Assembly: GCA_951406725.2 (NCBI GenBank)
Contig: OX597826.1
Span: 18,476,001-18,540,000 of the forward strand
Direction of reading: 5' to 3'
Source of the DNA: Octopus vulgaris
Taxonomy: Eukaryota
DNA length: 64,000 nucleotides
Each line of letters opens with the position of its first letter. Positions within the stretch are counted from its first letter, which is position 1. Below, one piece after another: positions 1 to 10,541 of the stretch. The notes under the pieces were generated by a model. The model did no database searches. It worked only from the letters and a program-made list of their open reading frames with translations, and had not been told where the DNA came from. A program made the position numbers and the translations under genes.

Positions 1-1255
1 TACACACATGCATATACATATATATACTCATGCATGCACACACATCTAGATGTATATACACATACATGTATATATATAAATATATATGTATATACATGCA
101 TATATGTACATGTACATACACACATATATATATACACATATATACATACATATACACACATATATACATACATATACACACATATATACATACATATACA
201 CACATATATACATACATATACACACATATATACATACATATATATACACACATATACATACATATATATATATACACACATATACATACATATATATATA
301 CACACACATACATATATACATGCATATATATATATATACACATATATGTATGTATACACTTATATGCATACATATACATGTCACATTAATATATATATAT
401 ATACATGTGCACACGCACATATATATATATACATAAATATATATTATTTTATAAATATATATGTCTGTGTAAATGTATATATAATTTACCATGGCCGTAT
501 TAGTGTCCTGGTACACTGTTTCACTTGGGAGTTCACAGTCAACAAAGGGTGTGTTTGTATATAGGTAGATACATACATACATACACAAACATGTGCAAAG
601 ATATGCAGTATATGTATATTAGGCACATACATAATTTATTACTTACGTATATGTACAGACAAACACACACACATACATGTATCATAATTTTCCCAACAGT
701 TTATCCATGCCTGCATGGATCAGATATGAACCATTGAAAATCGATGACCAGTTGCTCTTCCAGCTACACGTACATGTTTTTAAGGAAAATAGCATCTATA
801 ACTACTCTAAATGTCCTTTTCATGCCTACATGTGTGTGTGTGTATGTGTGTGGAAGAAATGCACACACACACACACAAACATAAAAATTATACGTATTAC
901 AAAAGCATATGATTTCTATCAATATCTATATTTCTATCTCTGCTTATCACTCTCTATATATAAATACATGTATATATATACGTTTAAATATGTATATACA
1001 CTATATATATATCCACATATAGATGTATACATATATAAATGAATACATGTATATATACATATAGATATATATATACATCTATATAAATATATATATATAT
1101 GAATACACACATATATATATACAGATATATGTACATATATATACACATACATAAATATATATATGTGTATATATATATTTATACGTACACTTATATAAGC
1201 TTATAGGTATTTACATATGTATATATATATACACATACATATATATATATATATC
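1..1255. repeat. Compound (TA)n/(CA)n/(TACA)n microsatellite field with small unique islands
   Basis: Seen directly. It accounts for the overlapping H/I/Y/T-rich ORFs in the track. Confidence 0.95.
700..831 (+). CDS. Candidate internal coding exon of an unidentified plus-strand gene
   Basis: Acceptor ttttcccaacAG (AG 698-699), open non-repetitive frame LSMPAWIRYEPLKIDDQLLFQLHVHVFKENSIYNYSKCPFHAY, possible donor GTGTGT at 832. No homology recognised. Confidence 0.3.
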
Positions 1256-1376
1256 AATTAATAATTAATTGATAATTTACACCATTATAGGTTTTTTGTG
1301 CATGCTAAACCACTGATATTATTATAAACAATATCCTCATCTTTATATATATATATATATATATGTATGTATATAT

Positions 1377-1739
1377 TACTCCTTTACGTATTTCAGTCAT
1401 TTGACTGTGACCATGCTGGAGCACTGCCTTTAGTCGAGCAAATCGACCCCATAGCCTAGTACTTATTCTATCGGTTTCTTTTGTCGAACCGCTATGTTAT
1501 GGGGACGTAAACACATCAACATCGGTTGTCAAGTGATGTTGGGGGAGGAAGGACAAACAGACACACATACATATACGACAGGCTTCTTCCAATTTCCGTC
1601 TACCAAATCCGTTCACAAGGCTTTCGTTGGCCCGAACCTACAGTAGAAGACACTTAACCAAGGTGACATGCAGTTTGACTGAACCCTGGACCATGTGATT
1701 GGTAAGCAACCCACTTACTATACAGCCACTCCTGCACCT
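1377..1739 (-). mobile_element. tRNA-derived SINE, family A (CORE-like central segment), near full length
   Basis: Reverse complement matches the copy at 33342-33705: head GGAGTGGCTGT.TGGTAAG, CCTTGGGCAAGTGTCTT-like core, tail GCTCCAGCATGG.C.CAGTCAAATGACTGAAA. Confidence 0.9.
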
Positions 1740-2191
1740 ATATATATTATATATATATCTTATTACAGTCAGCCAAATGACTGACCACGGGTCAGCATGT
1801 AGCATGAAGTGATTATCACTGTTATTACTTTCTCCTTTTTTTTCTTTTAACTCCCATTTTATTTTATTTTCCGATCTGATAAAGTTCCATGATTCAAATT
1901 GGTATAATTACTTAGAACAATAACTATTATTATTATTCTTGTTATTGTGGTGGTTAAACCTGCGAATCACGCTAACAGAAACAGCTGTGAGTTGAGATTC
2001 TGTCTTTTCCTAATTAATTAATTAAATGATAATGGATGCAAATCGTTATTCATCAATTGTACCAATCATTATGATCATTAATATCAATGCTCATGATTAA
2101 ATATAGGTACTACACCAGTGGATACAAGTATTCCTGAGACGGTTGTTATAACCTCTAATGTAAGTCGCCTATACATACATACATATATATA

Positions 2192-2273
2192 TATCTGTAA
2201 ATGTAATATGTGACAATTATTCAGTAGCCATGATAAAACTCCGAATAATTGTCCCATATTACATTTACAGATA
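2192..2273. repeat. Short fold-back (about 30-bp inverted arms, 20-bp spacer) next to a (TA)n tract
   Basis: tctgtaaatgtaatatgtgacaattattc (2194-2222) vs gaataattgtcccatattacatttacaga (2243-2271), one mismatch. Confidence 0.9.
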
Positions 2274-2334
2274 AATTCCTCTATTTACATTATATCGCAG
2301 TCTCTTTCTTCTGTTGTCTTACCATTTTTATCAA

Positions 2335-2505
2335 TATATATATATACACACACACAAACATACAGATATATATATATATACACACAGACATATATATATA
2401 CACATACATACACACACATATATATGCATATACACACACACACACACATATATATGCATACACACACACACACACACACGCATATACACACACACACACG
2501 CATAT

Positions 2506-2539
<34 letters not shown>

Positions 2540-2928
2540 CATATAGATATATATACACACAAACATATATATAGACATACAATCTGCTGAAATGAATTGA
2601 TAGGTCCACATATAACACCCAAAGCTACATCTTTGTTTTCGTTTTTTCTCCCATGAAAATATACTCATGTTACATGAGTAACTAAATTAGTGAGTATTGC
2701 TTGAAAGGGCTCCAAGAAGGCATGACTAATCTGTTAACAATAAACACTTATCAACTGCCTTATCTGCATTTTCTATTCTTTTAAATGGATGTATGCTTAA
2801 TATATAGGTATTGTTTCAATGAAATTTCATTCCCCAAAAATACTAGATACTCAACTAGTATTTCCTTGGATGCAACCATCTTTTCAAGGCGTTAACATAT
2901 CCTCTGATTAAATTTATATATACACATT

Positions 2929-2962
<34 letters not shown>

Positions 2963-3076
2963 CATAATTATATATATATATATATACACATACATATATG
3001 TATATATATATATATGCATATATATATGTATATATATGCATATATATACATGTATATGTGCATATATATATACACG

Positions 3077-3116
<40 letters not shown>

Positions 3117-3217
3117 CATATATATACACATATGTATATATATATATACACACATATATATATATAGATACAAATACATATACATAAATATATATACACA
3201 CACACACATATATATAC

Positions 3218-3282
<65 letters not shown>

Positions 3283-3283
3283 C

Positions 3284-3316
<33 letters not shown>

Positions 3317-3422
3317 GATATACACACATACGTATATATATATATACATACAAATACCTGTGCATATACAGATAATAAATACATACATACACACACGTTT
3401 ATATATGCATACACACACACAC

Positions 3423-3461
<39 letters not shown>

Positions 3462-3700
3462 CCAACAGCTGCTAGAGAGGCACATACAGGAGTGGTGATA
3501 TGAAATATCCCAAACTGAGGAAATCAGCAAGATCATAGTGGTGTTCCAATATGACCACGAGCAAAAGAGAATATATACATATGTATACTTATACATATAC
3601 ATATATATTTATACACATATATATATGCATATACATATATATACACATATACATATATGCATACGTATACTCATATATATGTATACATATACATATATAT
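2335..3700. repeat. (TA)n/(CA)n microsatellite fields with intervening unique sequence
   Basis: Seen directly at 2335-2580 and 2915-3700. Confidence 0.9.
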
Positions 3701-3803
3701 GCATGGCAGTGCCCCAGCATGGCCGCAGCTTGTGAGCTGAAACTAGATAAAAAAAAAAAAATAATAATACATACTATTTCCCCTAATATGCTAATATGTA
3801 CAT

Positions 3804-3834
<31 letters not shown>

Positions 3835-3967
3835 TTAGCATATTGGTGATATTATATTTATATCTACATGTATTATATGTATATATATATATATATTCTT
3901 TTGTTTGTTTCAGTCATTTGACTGTGGTTATGCTACAGCACCACCTTAATATGTATGTATATATATA

Positions 3968-4507
3968 TGTTGCTACTGGTAACATGTAACCCAGTGCAAC
4001 CTGTTGCACGGTAGGGTCGTCGGCAACTAAACCGGCAACCCCACCAAGCTTGCTTGGTGAGGAGGGTGTTTATTGGACACCCTGCGGGATGAAAAACAAA
4101 ACCCGTCAAAGGGCGGAGGAACTCTTTAGAGTCAACGGCCATCCAATAAATGTCTTAAGGCTGTATCATGCGCAGGGACATAGACATAATCGGACGGAAT
4201 ACCCGATCGCGCGGTTAAACCATTGAGAGTGAAGCACTCGTGGCCTTTGTTAGGGCATCCTTCTAGGAGAAGGTAACTCAGGTAACTGGGATAACTCCGA
4301 CATAAAACCCGCGGCTCAGTGGATACCGATGATGTTGACTTGTTCTTCTTTTTGGATTATGGCTGCTGTTGCTTAGTGAGTGGAATTGACACAGTGCACA
4401 GCCTTTCCTCACTTAAAAAAAAATATTCTTGCACAGGCATTGCACGATAACAACATTGATTAAGCTTCGTGCAATGGCCATACTCGATAACGAGGGGGCT
4501 GCCACCA
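3968..4507 (+). mobile_element. GC-rich non-autonomous element, probably derived from an RTE-clade LINE (5' UTR-like), inserted in (TA)n
   Basis: Sharp GC island with TA runs on both sides, several perfect hairpins, no long ORF. The motif CATCCTTCTAGGAGAAGGTAACTC (4256-4279) resembles RTE/BovB-type 5' UTR sequence as I recall it. Confidence 0.55.
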
Positions 4508-6126
4508 TATATATATTTTATATATATATATATTAAGGTGGGGCTGTAGCCTTGCCACAGTCAAATGATTGAAACAAATATCTATATATATACACACACA
4601 TATAATACATATAGATATAAATGTAAAATCCTCATATTTGTACATACATATATAATATATACATCTATATACATAGATATATAATATACACATATATTTA
4701 TACATACATACACATATATATACATATATATATATATATACACAAATATATGCATACATATACATGTATACAAAAAGTATATGAGTGTGTATATTTATAT
4801 ATGCATATATATCCAAATTTAGGGAATGGAATAGGTAAAATTGAGAGTACATATGCTTCCTAGCTAGCAGAACCTGAGAAGTAATAATTAGCAAACTAGG
4901 GGCATTCCACTAGCTACATATCAGATCAAAGTTAAATGAAGATTATGTTGTCATTAAGGGATCCCATGCTAACTTGCAGAAGATGTGATAAAGCATGCAT
5001 AACTGTGTGTGTGTGTATGAATGGCATTAGCCGTTCTAAAGGCAGAGAGCATATTGTGCAGACACTCTCACTTTTCAACCTGTCTGTATAAAGGAAGTTG
5101 CTTTCAGTAGCAGCATTGACTATTTTCAGTTGAGTTTTTGAATATTATTTTCCTGTATTTTATGAAAAAAAAAAGAAAGAAAATAACATGAAAGGAATAT
5201 TCTAAAGGAATGGAAGGTCAACACAAACATGAATTCAAAACAAAAGATCTGATATTCTGTATCATGTGACCATAATGCAATGAGAATTATAACAGACAAA
5301 AAGGATTAAAATTAATACAACAGGTCAGGGCACAAAAGCAACAAGTTGAAGATACGTGTCTTAGAAATGTTGCATGTAGTGAACACCTAGACACACACAC
5401 CTACATATATATATATATATCTCAAATCTCATGGTATTTCATGCATTATGATATATTCACATGCTTTTATAAATCAACTAAGATTATACACAATTAATTG
5501 GTGAGCTTACATAATCATGTTGATTCACCCAATTGGTCTCTTAGTAAGAAAAGAAAAAAAAAAGGTACCACAAAGCCTAAAATGCCAAGTATATTTTCCA
5601 AAGGACACTGCATACCAGAGTCTACACGGGACCCTAAGTTTTTGTTATATGTCACACTTTCCGGGACTTTTCTAAATATATATATATATGTACACACACA
5701 CACACACATACATATATATATACATAAACACACATTTATATATACATAGATATACCATATATAATGATATATAAGTATATGTATCTATATGCACAAAAAT
5801 ATATAAATATATGTGTGTGTAGGTGTATGTATATATTATATATTTTCAGTTGCAGTTCAAACCTAGGTTTTAGAGGTAATCCAAAGTGAGCACTCATAGT
5901 ACAATACCTATTACTTTACATCAGTTGATGAAATCTCCTTATGTATGTATATATTATATATATGAATATATATATATATACACACACACACAAAGTATGG
6001 GGTTTAGTTCACAGGTGATCTAAACGATTAGGTACACTAGGTAAGTGCTGTAATGGATTACTAGGGCTCCAAGGTTATAGCCGAGACAGTAGTTATGGAG
6101 CCATTGCAGATTTCCGATATAGTGGA

Positions 6127-6285
6127 TATATAATTGTTAAAGAGGACAAATGTTAAGGCAAGGCAAACATCGTAAGTCATATACATTATTATTATTGGAA
6201 CAAAAATGTTTTTCCAATGATAATGTATATGACTTGAGGTGTTTGCCTTGCCTTAATGTCTGTTGTCCTCTTTAACAGTTATATA
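6127..6285. repeat. Fold-back inverted repeat, about 74-bp imperfect arms, 11-bp loop
   Basis: tatataattgttaaagaggacaa...ttaaggcaaggcaaacat...aagtcatatacatta..ttggaa pairs with ttccaa..taatgtatatgactt..gtgtttgccttgccttaa...ttgtcctctttaacagttatata. Confidence 0.9.
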
Positions 6286-6568
6286 CATTAATACACGTGT
6301 GTAGATATATATTTTAATATTAAAATGTTTCTAAATTCCATCCATGGATTAATATTATTATTATTATATTTATCCTGCATTATATTGGCACAACCCAAAA
6401 AAACTGCTATTGCCAGTTGCTATGATTAAGCTGTAACAGGTATAATAAAATAGGAGCTTTTATATGTACGCTCAAAAACGTTTCCCCTAAACAAACTTCA
6501 ATGATATAAATATATACACACACACACACACATATATATATCTATATGTGTGTGTGTGTGTGTATATA

Positions 6569-6600
<32 letters not shown>

Positions 6601-7509
6601 TCCTTCTGTAACATCATGTGTTAGTGAGTCGATACATATTGTCTATAATACCCTTTTTTTAAAAAATCCTGCCAAGGATAAGACAACCCTATAAGCACTG
6701 TTACCACTACAAAATGTCACTCACTCACTCTGTATCATTGCTGATGTTAGGAAAAGCACCCTACGCTAAAAATGGAATGTACAAGTGAGATGTGTTTCCA
6801 TGGACTCTTCCAAGTGGGTAGTAATTATGATTATGATCTGTCTCAGTCTATGGCAACTCATATGCCCCATGCCAGCATGGAGTGTATATTGAAAATGATT
6901 ACTTATATATTTATATAAATACATATATAAAGGGTATGTGTTTGTATAGACACATATGGTGGGATAATAATTTAAAAAGGCATTTTCACAAGTAGTTTTG
7001 TTACATAGCTAAACTAAACTATAGTGTGAAATTCAGTGAATGTCAACAGAAATTCCTGAACTATACCAAAAGCTATACAGCACAATGCGAAATGTAGTTG
7101 CAAGTAAACAGTAGACAGATTCTGATTGGTGGGGAAATGTCATTTGGAACAGCAAATCAGGCAAAGGATCGGATATAATCAAATGTGGAAAGAGTAGCAA
7201 ATGAAACAAAAACGTTAAACCAGAAATGTATACATTTTAAATGTACTTAGATGAATTTTAAAACTGTTTTTATACTTTAAACTGCTACTCAATCATAGAG
7301 AAACTTGAAAGGAGATGAAAAAAAAAAATGTCTTTCCTCCTAAGTTTCTAACATTTACTTTCATTATATATTCTACATGAGTGTCCTTAGCTTACACATA
7401 CAAAAGAGAGCTGAGAAAATCTTTAAATAAAGTTACAAACCAAATAATATCACTATTTAGATGTTATTTAATCTTCATCATCATTAATTTTATTATTTAC
7501 TTTTGTCAG

Positions 7510-7669
7510 AGTAGATAATGGCATTTTCATTCGAGAGGAATTTTGTCCAGCATTTGTGAACTTTGTTTCATTTATTGAAGAAAAACCGTTAAGTAGTGAT
7601 GTTTTGCAAGATAAAAGAAGATTCTCAAACTTTTCAGAAGAAAGTTATAGAAGAGAAAGTGATCTAACT
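7510..7669 (+). CDS. Candidate coding exon of an unidentified plus-strand gene
   Basis: Acceptor tttacttttgtcAG (AG 7508-7509), 53 open codons VDNGIFIREEFCPAFVNFVSFIEEKPLSSDVLQDKRRFSNFSEESYRRESDLT, possible donor GTTAAG at 7670. Phase is compatible with exon 700-831. Confidence 0.4.
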
Positions 7670-8084
7670 GTTAAGAACTTTCAGGATTTCTTTTTTTTTT
7701 TTATAGTAATAATTAATAACATTTTATAAAAATAAGGAAAAATTATAGCTGAACCACTGATTAGCCCTTGGGTATCAATTAGAGCTGCTGTACCATTAGG
7801 CTCATCTTCACAAATGCATGTTAAGGAAAAAGAGATATCATTCTCGGTGTTTTAACTGTCAGCAGCTAGTTATAGTGTATATGGTTTTTGTTGTTTTTTG
7901 TTTTGTTTTTAAGTAAATACCTTAAAACGCTCTTGTGTGTCAATGTACTAATGATGAACGAAAATAATTGAAAACAAAGGATAAAATAAAACAAAATGAT
8001 TAAAACAGAAAATAATAAACAAAAATAAACAAAAGATTTTTTAATGAAAATAAAAAAAGCCTTCAATTAAATCATTGTTAGTTT

Positions 8085-10541
8085 AAATTTTTTATTGATA
8101 TATATATTTATTTATTTATTTATATATTTTAAAAAGATGTCTTTTATCACTGAAAATATTAATATGAAATTTAGGGGTTTGTAAATGATATCCATAACGT
8201 GGTAAGTAGTATCCATAAAATGGTAAGAAACAGAGTCTTACTGCATTACATTTCCTACTCTCATAAACAATCATCAGCAAAGAATTAGCTAACAATCAAG
8301 GAGAAAGTCAAATGAGAGAAGTGTTTGGAAGAGTATATATAGATACATATATAAAAAAAAAAAAAATTTTAAACTGGTATAAAATCTGGTGAGCCTGAAA
8401 AAAATTTCATGCAGATCAAACGTACATTTCTTTTCTGTTTGTTTTCACCAAATTCTCCCCACTGCCTCTATCTTTATTACTTTCAGCTAAATAGAGTAAA
8501 TAGCAGCAGGTAGAAATTTTAAACAGATTATCACTAAAATTACGTTTTAGTTTTATATTTAACTTTGATAAGATTCTGAATTAGTTATGTTTATAATACA
8601 CAAATTAAAATTGAAAATATCCTATTGGAGGTTCCAGTGAAGTAAAAATTGTGTTTATAAATTGCTGCTGCACACTAGCATATAATTTCTTTTGACTAGG
8701 CACTAGGCCATATGTTTTCAGGGTAGGGGTAAACGGAATATTCCAGCCTTCAAGGTTTTTCCAAAGAACATTATTATAAGTAGTCAAGTCAAACAGCTTT
8801 AGCAAGGATTGAAACTGTGTTGCTGAAATGGCTAGCAAAGTGCTTACCTCTTCATCTGCAGCACTCACTCTGTGTGAGTGCATGTGTTGTGTGCATGCAT
8901 GTGTGTGTGTGCATGTATGTGTGTGTGTGTATATAATACTTATTTTAAACTTACTCATATGTAGGGAAAATATCTTGTCTATTAATCAGATTCCACATTT
9001 GATTAACTAATGATTAAAAAAAAAGACCCTGATAAAAAAAAAAAGCAGTTGTGTCATTACTACACTATTCCAGTGCAAATCAGAGAGACTGCAATATTTT
9101 GAAATAAAGAGAATAGTTATACATCAGCAGATAGTTCATCTGGCTTTGCTTGACCCAAGGACAAGTGACTGGCAATTGGAAGCTTTTTTAGAATGTCTTA
9201 GAAGAACTGCTTCATTAGCAGCCAGTTTTAGTAAATAATATTTAAAACTGAAATCTAAAAACAGCAGTACATGAGACAACATACAATGATAAGAAAACTA
9301 TTGATAAATGAAATGTTAAGGAAACAAAAGAGGAACAAAAAATACAATAAAATAAATGGCATACTGTAGAGGGGGAAATAAAAATCTAAGGACGGCCTTA
9401 AACATATGGGATAAGGGTTTTTTTTTTTTTATGGACTTGTTTTGAAATGGCAGTTGGACACCTGAACCAGACACTTCCAGATCACAGACTGTAAAATACA
9501 CTGGTAACGGAACCAGCAGATGAAGACGTATAATTGCCTTGTAGCAGCAGACAATTATATTTCTTTTATATAATTGTGTAGATTTCAAGCAGAAAAATCT
9601 AACAGAACAGTATTAAAAACAAATGGGAAATAGAAAGAAAGCAAGAAAGACTGAATGTATCAAGATTTACACAAGTTATCTTCAAAATGGTGGCTTCTCT
9701 TTCCAGAATAAAAAGTTGTGTAATGGATGTAGGAGATATAAATTCAACAAGAATTATCCTCGGGTAAGTAAACTGTATACTTCTGTAAAAATTATAGAAT
9801 TTTTTTTCTCTTTTTAATATATATTCTGAACCTTATAAAAAAAAATAAATAAATAAATAAAAAAATCTCAAATTTTGAGTGGGGGGAAAAAAGAAAAAAA
9901 TAATTTCTGAAAGCTGAAAAAGTATACCAAAGTTAAAAGTTACACAAAAAATTTGATTTTTCCGTATTCATGTGCCAACTAGCAAAAAGATTGAAAGAGA
10001 TTTATCAGATAAGTTAGCATATATTCACAAGCTTTTGACTTTTATAGACACTAAACAAAACTTTGGGAATCATTTTTAGTGGGAGAGAGGGGTGTTTTTT
10101 CTTCCTGTTTAAAATAAGAAAAACAATGTAAATCTCTTTTTAGTTAAGGATGACTTGGCTCCTCTTATTTTACGGGCAAAGTACAAAAACTATACAGAAT
10201 AAATTTCCTAGGTGACATCATGCTAATGAGAGAGAGAGAGAAAGAAAGAAAAACAGAGAGGAGAAAAGAGATTCAAAATTAGAGGGAGAAGGAGAGTTAA
10301 TTTCAGAGAACATATAAGCTTTTATCTCTTTTCTTGTAAAATAAATAGATAAAAACAAAGAACAGAAAGTTAAGTATTCATTAGCTTCTATCTGAAATTC
10401 TACTTATAATCTGAATTTATCATCTGAAATCACTAGGATTGGCTGGAGCATGAAGTGGACAACTATTCTGGTCAACAGTATTCTTCAAGAATCACTGATA
10501 GCAGTAGCATTCCAACAGCAACCAAATAAAACAACCACACC
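8085..10541 (-). other. Probable 3' UTR of the zinc-finger gene, with poly(A) signals near 8090-8120
   Basis: AT-rich stretch with no recognisable transposon, downstream of the stop. Several TTTATT on + (AATAAA on -) at about 8090-8120. The true 3' end is uncertain. Confidence 0.5.

Noticed and set aside
30-3989. Many overlapping 60-190 aa ORFs rich in H/I/Y/T/C/V/M (also near 34, 36, 39.5, 57.7 and 63 kb)
   Set aside because: They are translations of (TA)n/(CA)n repeats, which lack stop codons in all frames.
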